DNA of 64,000 nucleotides from Candidatus Nanohalarchaeota archaeon (GTDB taxonomy: Archaea > Nanohalarchaeota > Nanosalinia > Nanosalinales > Nanosalinaceae): contig JALDAJ010000001.1 in assembly GCA_022729235.1 (NCBI GenBank), positions 800,001 to 864,000 of the forward strand. Direction: 5' to 3'. Below are positions 18,881 through 27,345 of the stretch, piece by piece (position 1 is the first letter of the stretch; each line of letters begins with the position of its first letter). A program made the translations under genes and the position numbers. The notes under the pieces were generated by a model. The model searched no databases. It had not been told where the DNA came from and worked only from the letters and a program-made list of their open reading frames with translations.

Positions 18881-19098
18881 TCTTCTGGCGGTATCATCTT
18901 GAGGTCGACTTCGAGCCCGGTGTCGTCCTGGATTATCTGGAACGGTATGATGTCTTCATAGGGCTGGTAGAGTTTCCAGTCACCGCCCTGTATCATGACT
19001 TCGTCCTCATCTTCTATAGAATCCGCCAGTTCGCGCAGAAAATTTGCTGCATCCTCTTTCTTCAACCGGAGTTCTTTGCGGAAGTTTTCGGTCATCAT
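18877..19098 (-). CDS. Amphi-Trp-like domain protein
   Basis: E......AANFLRELADSI...LEVDLK pattern. Confidence 0.65.
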   Translation of the reverse strand: MMTENFRKELRLKKEDAANFLRELADSIEDEDEVMIQGGDWKLYQPYEDIIPFQIIQDDTGLEVDLKMIPPED

Positions 19099-19179
19099 AT
19101 CACCTGTTGAAAATCACAGCTTTTCTCAAGTGCGAAAACGTCCGGACATTTTCTTGATTTCTCGAATCTGTGATTCTGG

Positions 19180-20451
19180 TCATGCAAACATCTCCTCGGG
19201 ATGTAGTTCCTCTCCGGCGAGGAAGTCTTTTTCAACCCCTATATTCCCTTCCTTGAGGTCCTGGACAGCTTCCTGGAAGTCGGTCATGCCGACTGTGGCG
19301 TCTGAGATGTGGTTCGACCGGTCAAGTGCGTTGATAGCGGCTTGTTTAACTATCTGTTTTATATCGCGTCCGGTAAAGTCGTCATCTAACTCCGATGCAA
19401 TCAGGTTGAGGTCGACATCGTTCTCGAGTTCGATGAGTCGTGTGTGCACCTGTAGGATCTCCTTCTTAGCGTCCTGATCCGGTACCGGTACTTCTAGCGC
19501 GCTGCATCTGTTGAGAAGAGCAGGGTCCATAACGTCAGGCTTGTTGGTTGCGAATATGGATATGATGTCGGAGCCTTTCTCCGTGTCCAGTCCATCGAGT
19601 TCTGAGAGGAGCTGTGACATGGTTCTCTCGACTTCTTCACCGCCGTGCCGTCTGTCGTCGAGACGTTTCTTCGCGATGGCATCGATTTCATCGATGAAGA
19701 TTATCGCGGGTTTGTCGGAGGCGCGTGCCTGCTCGTACAGTCTTTTGACCTTTTTCGCGCCTTCTCCTATGAATTTTTCTACCAGCTGTGGACCGTTTAT
19801 CATGAACATGTTTGCGTTGTACTCATTGCTCAACGCCTTGACAAGGTGGGTTTTACCGGTTCCTGGCTTTCCGATAAGTAGTATGCTCTTATCGAAGTCC
19901 ATTCCCCACTCGTTTATTTTCTGTCTCTTGTCAGAGTCCAGCTGTGCGCCGACGTTTGACTTTAGACCTTCTATTATGTGGTCGAGTCCTCCGATATCCT
20001 GGAATGTAACCTCTGTGTCGATAGGGGTGAAGTCCGCGTCTTTACTTTTCCCGACGATATCTGTTACCTTGAAACTGTTGGGGTCGAGCGCGACCTCTGT
20101 ACCTGCGGAAAAGTCGCTGGGGCTGTGTCCTTTTGGAATCTCTACGCCGTATCTTCCTTTCATGTTTCCTGATGCTTCCACCCATAACCGCTCTCCATCG
20201 TACTCGGAGATTACAACTCCCCTGAGGACAGGTGTTTTCAGGTTGGTCCCATTAGGATTGGCTTTCTGTTTTTGCTTCTGCTGGGTCTGGAAGTACTGTG
20301 GAAACTGTACGCGCTGTTTTTTACCCTGGGATTTCTGCTTCTGATTTTTCTCTTTCTTATCTTCGACCTCGGAATTCTCTTCACTCATTTGTTTCACCCG
20401 TTGGTAAAGCTGGACGAACAGATTCTTTAAACGCGTCAGCCAGCCCATCAA
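19180..20451 (-). CDS. PAN-like AAA+ ATPase
   Basis: FQDIGGL, GKPGTGKT, KFIGEGA, FIDEIDAI, EVERTMSQLLSELDG; OB-like N-domain; ends MFA. Confidence 0.85.
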   Translation of the reverse strand: MMGWLTRLKNLFVQLYQRVKQMSEENSEVEDKKEKNQKQKSQGKKQRVQFPQYFQTQQKQKQKANPNGTNLKTPVLRGVVISEYDGERLWVEASGNMKGRYGVEIPKGHSPSDFSAGTEVALDPNSFKVTDIVGKSKDADFTPIDTEVTFQDIGGLDHIIEGLKSNVGAQLDSDKRQKINEWGMDFDKSILLIGKPGTGKTHLVKALSNEYNANMFMINGPQLVEKFIGEGAKKVKRLYEQARASDKPAIIFIDEIDAIAKKRLDDRRHGGEEVERTMSQLLSELDGLDTEKGSDIISIFATNKPDVMDPALLNRCSALEVPVPDQDAKKEILQVHTRLIELENDVDLNLIASELDDDFTGRDIKQIVKQAAINALDRSNHISDATVGMTDFQEAVQDLKEGNIGVEKDFLAGEELHPEEMFA

Positions 20452-20518
20452 TTAACACGTTGAAACTTCCTGTCTTATCTTTATAAAACCGATATCGATA
20501 TTAATAGGGAAATGTGTA

Positions 20519-20663
20519 CGAGCCCGCAGGGATTTGAACCCTGGACCTTTCGGTATCTTCTATCGAAAATCACGGGACCGTGATTTTCTTAGTCCTCGTT
20601 CTCCAGGAGGGAGAACTTGAGGAGCCGAAGCCGAATGCTCTGTCCGGACTGAGCTACGGGCCC
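20519..20663 (-). tRNA. tRNA-Arg(TCG) with 70-nt intron at 37/38 (intron 20555-20624)
   Basis: GGGCCCG/CGGGCTC acceptor, GGTTCAAATCC T-arm, TTCGG-CT-TCG-G|intron|A-CCGAA with BHB helix CTTC/GAAG. Confidence 0.93.
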
Positions 20664-20699
20664 CTTTGTTTCTTCAAGAGAAATTTCCTGTTGGAAGTC

Positions 20700-21044
20700 T
20701 TAAATAACGTTGGAGTCGGTCATCCTCTCCCTGCATTCTTCACACCGCTCCGCAAGCTCCTTGATGTTCTTCTCAATGTTGATTTCTCCGAGGTCTAGTT
20801 TGTCCCTGTAATCCATAGGGCTGTCATGTTCAAATCCGCGGCGTTCCAGCTCCTCCACGAGGTCGTCGTGCCGCTCCTGTATAAGCGACGTATCGATCTG
20901 GTTCTCCTCGGCGTGTCCTTCGACCACTTTTCTGCCGTGGGCGTGGTTTCTGAGCGTTCCGACTTCCTGATGCATCTCGCTGTGTTCTCCAAGCAGGTGC
21001 TGGTCGCACATCAGCTTTGGATTGATTCCCCACATCCTTGTCAT
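20700..21044 (-). CDS. Pyrimidine dimer DNA glycosylase (T4 endonuclease V-like)
   Basis: MTRM...P..MCDQHLLGEH.E...RHDDLVEELERRG. Confidence 0.85.
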   Translation of the reverse strand: MTRMWGINPKLMCDQHLLGEHSEMHQEVGTLRNHAHGRKVVEGHAEENQIDTSLIQERHDDLVEELERRGFEHDSPMDYRDKLDLGEINIEKNIKELAERCEECRERMTDSNVI

Positions 21045-21176
21045 GGCGGCTCGGTTTTAGGTCTGTATAAGATTTTTTATCTAGTTCCTCTCCTACAGTT
21101 TTGATTAACTGTACTGTCCAGTAAACAGGACCTTTTAAGTAGTGAGCTATCCGCCCAGAGTGGAGGTGATCACACG

Positions 21177-21281
21177 ATGTGCCATAAGCCCTGCGGTCAG
21201 ACTGCGGAGGAGACAGAGGAGTCGGCAGAACCGGATGAGCGCCAGGAAGAGGAAGAGCTCAAGGTCACAGCAGAAGCCTGA
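21177..21281 (+). CDS. 34-aa acidic microprotein MCHKPCGQ...
   Basis: Strong GGAGGTGA SD at 21162 and TATA-like ttttaag at about 21133. Confidence 0.6.
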   Translation: MCHKPCGQTAEETEESAEPDERQEEEELKVTAEA

Positions 21282-21369
21282 GCAAATATGTCAAAACCTT
21301 TCTTTCAACTTTCTTAACGGAACATCATGCCTGTACAGTAATAAAAAATATTAGTACCTTCTTCAGTGC

Positions 21370-21675
21370 ATGTCGGATATTAGAGGCAAATTCCAAGAGG
21401 CAGAAGAGATTCTGAAGGATGAAGGACTTGCGTCTTTAGCGAGAGATTTTTCTGAGTATTACGTGGAGAGAAGAGAAGACAATATTGTAGTCAGAGAAAG
21501 AGGTGGTTGCTTTTGCGAAGCTTACGAAGACGTAGATGAGTTTTTAGAGGTAATTAGAGAGTATGGGGATAACCGTTTTGAAGAGTATGAAACTGGTAAC
21601 GGTCATCTTCACATATTTGACAGGTATTCTCCTGATGCATGGATACAGGGAGACCCTGTTAAAATAGAAAGATGA
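21370..21675 (+). CDS. Hypothetical protein
   Basis: 101-aa acidic ORF. Confidence 0.55.
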   Translation: MSDIRGKFQEAEEILKDEGLASLARDFSEYYVERREDNIVVRERGGCFCEAYEDVDEFLEVIREYGDNRFEEYETGNGHLHIFDRYSPDAWIQGDPVKIER

Positions 21676-21676
21676 G

Positions 21677-21928
21677 TTAGTCCTCGTCTTCATCCGTCAA
21701 TGCTTCTACGGGGTATGTCTTGTCGCACTGTGGATAACCCTCGCAGCCCCAGAAGTAGCCGTACCGACCCTCTCTGATCTTCATGGGCATCCCGCACTCG
21801 GGGCACCCAACATCTTTCGGTTCCTTGTCCTTGTGATCTTTGCAGACCGGCTGTCCCTCGCGGTTGGTCTTCGTCGCGTTCTTGCCGCAGAACACGCACT
21901 TCGACATCTTGGTTTCTCGCTTGTTCAT
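21677..21928 (-). CDS. Topoisomerase C4-type zinc-finger protein
   Basis: CPECGMPMKIREGRYGYFWGCEGYPQC. Confidence 0.85.
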   Translation of the reverse strand: MNKRETKMSKCVFCGKNATKTNREGQPVCKDHKDKEPKDVGCPECGMPMKIREGRYGYFWGCEGYPQCDKTYPVEALTDEDED

Positions 21929-21991
21929 GCATATTCTAGTGGCGGATAGTTTTTTGTAGGTGACTCAGAGACTTGAGGAACAGGATGTCCT

Positions 21992-22429
21992 CTAGTCCTT
22001 TTCCCTGCCGTTAAGCTTCCTGAAGACTTCAAGTACTTCTTCCGCGGATAATTCTTCCAGGTTCTGTATCTCCTTTCTCCCAAGTTTAGTCTTCATGGAG
22101 TCGATCAGTGCTTCTTTAAGCTCCTCGTGTTTCCCGTTTTCCAGCCATGCTTCGTTGACAAGCGCCAGTGCATCTTTGTCTGTGCCCTCTATCACGCTGA
22201 GACCGATTTCCATCGCAGTCGATGCAACGCCGTAGATGTCGTGTAGGTCTCTATCTTCATCTACTTCCTCCTCTAACCTCTCCTCGAAAGGTTCGAAGCA
22301 ACTCTCCTTCACAAGTTCGGCTTCGTTTTTCTCTGAGTAGCCAGGTTCATTGTCTCGGAGCTCTAACCTGGTTTTATCAATATCTGGACTAGATAGATTA
22401 AAGTTGTTGCTTGAGGTTGTTTTTGACAT
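21992..22429 (-). CDS. Hypothetical protein
   Basis: 145-aa acidic ORF with TATA upstream. Confidence 0.6.
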   Translation of the reverse strand: MSKTTSSNNFNLSSPDIDKTRLELRDNEPGYSEKNEAELVKESCFEPFEERLEEEVDEDRDLHDIYGVASTAMEIGLSVIEGTDKDALALVNEAWLENGKHEELKEALIDSMKTKLGRKEIQNLEELSAEEVLEVFRKLNGREKD

Positions 22430-22640
22430 GTAGACAGTTTTTAGAATTTTCTTTTAAATATAAAGGCTTAGTTTTCCGTTAATTCCGATATAAACTTGTT
22501 TTCTATTCTTTGTATTCTGTGGTGTGAGAGCATCAGTTCCTATCTTATGGTGTGTTTGCCTGGCGCGTTAAGTGCTTCTGCTTTTTATCGAACCAATCGG
22601 TTTAAAACTCTAAATCAATCTCATCCAATATACACTGTAC

Positions 22641-22712
22641 GCGGAGTTGGTCCAGTGGCTAAGACTCCAGCCTTCCAAGCTGGCGACCCGGGTTCAAATC
22701 CCGGACTCCGCA
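22641..22712 (+). tRNA. tRNA-Gly(TCC)
   Basis: GCGGAGT/ACTCCGC acceptor, CCAGC-CT-TCC-AA-GCTGG anticodon arm, GGTTCAAATCC. Confidence 0.96.
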
Positions 22713-22730
22713 TCGCTTTCAGCGCTGCTA

Positions 22731-22911
22731 GTTCCAGGATTTTGAGAAAACTTGTTTTCTTCGACTTCACTCCCCGACGCCGCAAACTCTTTCTGGGTTT
22801 GTCTGATCCAAGAAGATTTCCGATCTTCGGACGCCGCATCAGTTTCTTCCGAAACTGCTGCTTGAAGAACACGCAGTGCTTCGCGCCGCAAAAACTTCTG
22901 AAACCTGGAAC
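22731..22911. repeat. Structured element after tRNA-Gly: terminal IR GTTCCAGG/CCTGGAAC with three CGCCGCA repeats
   Basis: CGCCGCA at 22778, 22832 and 22884; several internal hairpins. Confidence 0.55.
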
Positions 22912-22968
22912 CGTTAATTTTCCGATTCTCTTCACTTTAGCATGTGTTTTCTGGTGTAATAGTTCTTT

Positions 22969-24402
22969 TTGGGAGTGGGTTTTGATGAGTTGTTTATGAG
23001 TGAGAGATCGGTTTCGAAATACATTCACGGGAACGTTAGAGCGCTTAGGGAGTGTGTAGACGAAGCAGGGTTAGAAGTAGAGGACGAGGAATTTCATGGT
23101 GTTGTGGAGGCTCTTGAGAGTAATATAAGTTGGCTAGAAGAAAATTGGGGGTCTGTAGACGAGGAATCCAGTTTGTTCGATTATTCTCATAAGGTGCGGA
23201 AGACAGCTAGTGAACTTGATGTATCTATGGAGGAATATGCCAATGCTGCCTTTGATCATCCGCCATTGTTTTCCTTAAGTCCGGATACTGTTGTGGGTAA
23301 TGCTTCTGAGATTTCGAATCGTCTAGGTGTTGATGAAGGTGTTTATGTTGATGCTGCTTTGAAGTTCCCTCCGTTATTTACTCAGAAATCGGATACTGTT
23401 GTGGGTAATGTTTCTGAGGTTGCTGATAGTTTAGATATCGATAGAAGTGTATATGTTGATGCTGCTTTGAAGTTCCCTCCGTTATTTACTCAGAAATCGG
23501 ATACTGTTGTGGGTAATGTTTCTGAGGTTGCTGATAGTTTAGATATCGATAGAAGTGTATATGTTGATACCGCTTTGGATCGACCTCAGCTGTTTTCTCT
23601 CAGTCCGGATACTGTTGTGGGTAATGTTTCTGAGGTTGCTGATAGTTTAGATATCGATAGAAGTGTATATGCTGATGCTGCTTTGGACCAACCTCAGTTA
23701 TTTTATCAGAGCCCTGATACTGTTGTGGGTAATGTTTCTGAGGTTGCTGAGCGCCTAGATATCGATAGAAGTGTTTACATTGATGCCGCTTTATACCATC
23801 CTTCTTTACTTACTCATAGCCCTGATACTGTTGTGGGTAATGTTTCTGAGGTTGCTGAGCGCCTAGATATCGATAGAAGTGTTTACATTGATGCCGCTTT
23901 GGATCATCGATCTTTGTTTTATCAGAACCCTGATACTGTAGCAGAACATGTGGATTGGGTGTATGCTTTAGAACGTGAGGATGTTATCTCTATACCTTCG
24001 GGTTATGATGAATTGAGTGTTGACCCTGAGGTTGAGTATATGTGTAAGTCTCCGTTTCTTTTCTCTTTGGCGGATAATAATTTTGAGTTAAGGCTTTACA
24101 ACGGGCTTTTACTGGACAAAGATCCATATATGAAGAATTTGACTGGGACGAAGTATAAGTCTCTTGATGAGCTGGAGAATAAGTTTAGTGTTTTAGATGA
24201 CATGGCCTGGGATAAGGATTGGAGAGAGCGGTTGAGAGATCATCTTCCGAATGGAGGTGATGCGGAGATAGGTAATTATAGGCGTTCTGTAGCTTATGAT
24301 CAAGAAGTAATTGGAGAGTATCTTCAAAGGCTGGAGAATCAAACCGGGTTGTCTGCGGAAGTGGCTGAGGAGACCAAGAATCTGATGTCTACAGTAAAAT
24401 AA
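22969..24402 (+). CDS. Tandem 36-aa helical repeat protein (mTERF-like)
   Basis: About seven 108-bp repeats AALxxPxLFxxxPDTVVGNVSEVA..LDIDRSVY. Confidence 0.8.
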   Translation: MGVGFDELFMSERSVSKYIHGNVRALRECVDEAGLEVEDEEFHGVVEALESNISWLEENWGSVDEESSLFDYSHKVRKTASELDVSMEEYANAAFDHPPLFSLSPDTVVGNASEISNRLGVDEGVYVDAALKFPPLFTQKSDTVVGNVSEVADSLDIDRSVYVDAALKFPPLFTQKSDTVVGNVSEVADSLDIDRSVYVDTALDRPQLFSLSPDTVVGNVSEVADSLDIDRSVYADAALDQPQLFYQSPDTVVGNVSEVAERLDIDRSVYIDAALYHPSLLTHSPDTVVGNVSEVAERLDIDRSVYIDAALDHRSLFYQNPDTVAEHVDWVYALEREDVISIPSGYDELSVDPEVEYMCKSPFLFSLADNNFELRLYNGLLLDKDPYMKNLTGTKYKSLDELENKFSVLDDMAWDKDWRERLRDHLPNGGDAEIGNYRRSVAYDQEVIGEYLQRLENQTGLSAEVAEETKNLMSTVK

Positions 24403-24639
24403 TATGGTAGCATACTGCCTATACAGAGTTTTAATGACTACGAGCAGAGCTATGACAGCGAGGAATCGGTTGCCGGGAGAGTTCGACGACTTCTTTGAGT
24501 TCGTCGGTATGGAGACGCCTCCATGGTATCAGGAGGACTAGACTTCTTCGAATTCTTCTCTTATGTCTTCGATAATTTCTGTTATGTCGCCTTTGAATTT
24601 CCAGAGCACGATGCTTTCCTCGTCGCTAGGGTTGATGTG

Positions 24640-25005
24640 CTGGTGGTCCTGGAGGCTCAGCAGGCTGCTTTTGAAGTGCTTGAGCAGGGCGCGGGAGTTA
24701 CAACTACTGAGGTCTACGATGCGGTCTGCGACGTCCTGGAAGGGCACGGCTTCAAAACCTTGCGCGATGGAGATATCGAGGAAGGGTTTATCCACTCGGC
24801 GGGGCACGGTATCGGTCTGGAACTGCACGAGCCGCCGCGGATATCGGATAACAGTGAAGAGATCGAGGCGGGTACGGTCCTGACGGTGGAGCCGGGTCTG
24901 TACATTTCCTGTGTCGGAGGCGTACGTATCGAGGATATGGTTGTGGTTACTGAGGACGGCTACGAGAACTATAACTCGATGAATAAGGACCTGGAGCTCG
25001 GCTAG
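24640..25005 (+). pseudogene. C-terminal fragment of Xaa-Pro (M24B) aminopeptidase
   Basis: FIHSAGHGIGLELHE, TVEPGLY and GVRIED present; N-terminal half and Asp metal ligands absent; 5' boundary approximate. Confidence 0.75.
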
Positions 25006-25060
25006 TGTGTGGGTTGTAAAGTGTAGATATCCTGAAGAGTCTCGTTCCTTCTTTTCTCCT

Positions 25061-25321
25061 ATGAGTGATGATGTTGAACGCCCGGAGTGGATGGAACGTT
25101 TCATGGGAGAGTTGACTGAGTGGGTTCTTAACACGCCGGGAGGAGGCGTCAAGTTTGTCAGGGCGAGGAGCCAGGAGGAGGCGCTGAGAAAGGCGGTGAG
25201 TTTTGAGGAAGTTGAGGTGTCCGGTACTCACGATGTACGTCCACGAGTAGGGAGGTCGGACGCCCGCCTGATGCCGGAGCGAGAGTTTCTCCAGAGACTG
25301 AGAGAGCTTGTGGAGCGGTGA
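25061..25321 (+). CDS. Hypothetical protein
   Basis: Short acidic ORF. Confidence 0.45.
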   Translation: MSDDVERPEWMERFMGELTEWVLNTPGGGVKFVRARSQEEALRKAVSFEEVEVSGTHDVRPRVGRSDARLMPEREFLQRLRELVER

Positions 25322-25370
25322 TTTCTGGTCTTTTCTGAGGTATTAAAGAATAACGCGGTATGCGGTATCG

Positions 25371-26195
25371 ATGGATAGCTTTGACCCGAGCTTACTTCTC
25401 CTAGTTGTGGCAGCGTTCCTGGGAGTTCTATCGGTAGGATTGCTGGGGGTTCATGACGTATTCGGTATTTCACCTACCCTGAAGCTGATCGTGTTTTTCC
25501 TGGCTTCCTTGCTTTTCATACTGACAGGTGTTTACGTTGAAAGCCCGCTTGATTATTTTGCGTATCTACTGGCGGTTTCACTGTATCTTTCTGGTCTGTA
25601 CCAGATGACCTTTTTTGGTTTCGATACAGCCGTGTACTTTGCAGTGACTGCGGCAGGTTCAGCGTTTATGGTAGGAGCCAGTTATCTCATCCAGCAGGAT
25701 AGCCGGGAAGTATCTCGCGGAGATTTCAGGCTGTATTCTGCGGTACTTATGCTCTCTATCACGGCGTTTTTTTCCTATGGTATGTCGGCTCCAGAACCGA
25801 CATATACCTTTATAGCCAACGAGGCTCCGGTAGTAGAAGGAGATGCTATGGAGCTAGGTAAGTTGTCGGTACACAACCCATTCCTTTTCTCCAGCAGACT
25901 GGATTTCCCGGGTTATGATGTCTGCATGTCTGGTTCTGAAGGAGTGGTTTTAAGGGTTTCCGCGGAGGTAGGCGGGGATGAAAGAGCTGTCAGGGGCGGT
26001 GAGGTGAGGCAGTTTCCTGTTGTAGCGGACGTTGGCAGCGAGTTATTTGATGATTTTGATTTTGATAACAGGAGTATCGGAACTGCATCGGAATGCGTCT
26101 CGGGGTCTGAAAAAAGGATCTGGATCGTTTCATCACCGGGCTCGCAGTTAGAGGATGCTTCATCGGAGAACAGTTACCTGTTCCGCTTTCTCTAA
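25371..26195 (+). CDS. Membrane protein with 5 N-terminal TM helices and a soluble C-terminal domain
   Basis: Hydrophobic segments followed by a beta-rich domain containing two Cys. Confidence 0.7.
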   Translation: MDSFDPSLLLLVVAAFLGVLSVGLLGVHDVFGISPTLKLIVFFLASLLFILTGVYVESPLDYFAYLLAVSLYLSGLYQMTFFGFDTAVYFAVTAAGSAFMVGASYLIQQDSREVSRGDFRLYSAVLMLSITAFFSYGMSAPEPTYTFIANEAPVVEGDAMELGKLSVHNPFLFSSRLDFPGYDVCMSGSEGVVLRVSAEVGGDERAVRGGEVRQFPVVADVGSELFDDFDFDNRSIGTASECVSGSEKRIWIVSSPGSQLEDASSENSYLFRFL

Positions 26196-26508
26196 ACTTT
26201 CTGGTCCTCTATAGTCCGGACTAACCTCTATTTACCCAAAATTTTCTTCCTGATATAGGACTCCTGGAGGTTTTAAGCTGTCTATGAACTTTTTCTGAAA
26301 TAATTAAACGATTAAAAACAATTATTAGGCGTATTAAACGGTTATAAACAGTTATTAACGGAAAAACCCTTTTAAACAGGTTTTTACAATGGAAGAGCGT
26401 GGTTGAAATCATGAATGCTTTGAAGAATGCGGTTGAACAGGTAGCTGAACTCAAAAACCCTGAAAAAGAACTTAAAATAGAATCTGACTGTTTAAAAGGT
26501 CTGGAACG

Positions 26509-26826
26509 ATGAGCAGAGGATTTAGAAATCTTTTCATAAATCTTGAACCTGTTAAAATTCTTTTGACAGTTCGCAAGCAGAAAAAGATATCTGTTAAGGG
26601 GGCTAGCGAAAAGACAGGGGTTAGCCAGGATTACGCTCTTGATTCACTCGAGATGATGGCGGAGAACGGGCTGGTTAGGCGAGAAGACGAGGGTTACCTC
26701 ATCACCCCGTACGGAAAGTCGCTCTCAGAAAGTCTTCTGTTATTCCTTGATCTGGCGGAGAAAGTTGAGATACAGGAAGGCATGGTGAGCGAGCATGGTC
26801 TCGCGTTTATGGAGGGGAGACTATGA
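26509..26826 (+). CDS. Winged-HTH transcriptional regulator
   Basis: ASEKTGVSQDYALDSLEMMAENGLV...YLITPYG. Confidence 0.75.
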   Translation: MSRGFRNLFINLEPVKILLTVRKQKKISVKGASEKTGVSQDYALDSLEMMAENGLVRREDEGYLITPYGKSLSESLLLFLDLAEKVEIQEGMVSEHGLAFMEGRL

Positions 26827-27275
26827 GCGGGAGCAGTTCTTCCACACCGCCATCCCGGTCGAAGAAGGCGTTCGAAGAGGTAGAACTCCCGTTTGATATC
26901 ATCTCTGATGACCACATAAAGGGAGATAAACTACGTGAAGCTCTGAAAGCTGATGAAGTAGACAACTCGATGAGAGATTACTCGGTCTTCGATGTCGAGC
27001 AGGAAGACGACCTCTACGAGTTCAGGGCAGTCAAGGACAGCACATTTCCATACCTATTTCCGAGTAACGAGGCTTACATAGCATTTGAGCTGAGAGATTC
27101 AGATAAACACGAGTACAGCCATATGAGAGTGGAGATGGGTGCTCCTGATAAACGCGTTATGGATGAGCTATACCGCGGCGTGAGAGACCTTGAGAACGGT
27201 CTGGAGACGTACTTCAGGAACCAGCGTTTCGGAGATGGCAGGATTCAGAGGGCGGCGCCTCACACTGCTGATTAG
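26823..27275 (+). CDS. Hypothetical protein
   Basis: ATGA-coupled to the wHTH gene. Confidence 0.6.
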   Translation: MSGSSSSTPPSRSKKAFEEVELPFDIISDDHIKGDKLREALKADEVDNSMRDYSVFDVEQEDDLYEFRAVKDSTFPYLFPSNEAYIAFELRDSDKHEYSHMRVEMGAPDKRVMDELYRGVRDLENGLETYFRNQRFGDGRIQRAAPHTAD

Positions 27276-27284
27276 GCGTCTGCT

Positions 27285-27300
27285 TCTTTTTCTTCTCTTT
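27285..27300 (+). terminator. Oligo-T archaeal terminator-like tract
   Basis: tctttttcttctcttt just after the stop at 27275. Confidence 0.4.
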
Positions 27301-27345
27301 ATACTTTCAAAAGGTTTTATCTTGATAACTTACTAATACAGGCCT

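Noticed and set aside
19511-20344. 277-aa + strand ORF and similar Ser/Phe-rich antisense ORFs throughout the window
   Set aside because: Shadow frames opposite well-supported acidic genes
21142-21354. Arg-rich 70-aa ORF as a ribosomal protein
   Set aside because: No ribosomal signature; the SD-supported frame is the 34-aa acidic ORF at 21177
22496-23028. ORFs 22496-22999 (+), 22621-23028 (-) and 22694-22891 (-)
   Set aside because: They overlap tRNA-Gly and the structured repeat, and their composition is mostly atypical of this acidic proteome
23250-23945. 108-bp tandem repeats as CRISPR or non-coding satellite
   Set aside because: They are in-frame coding repeats without unique spacers
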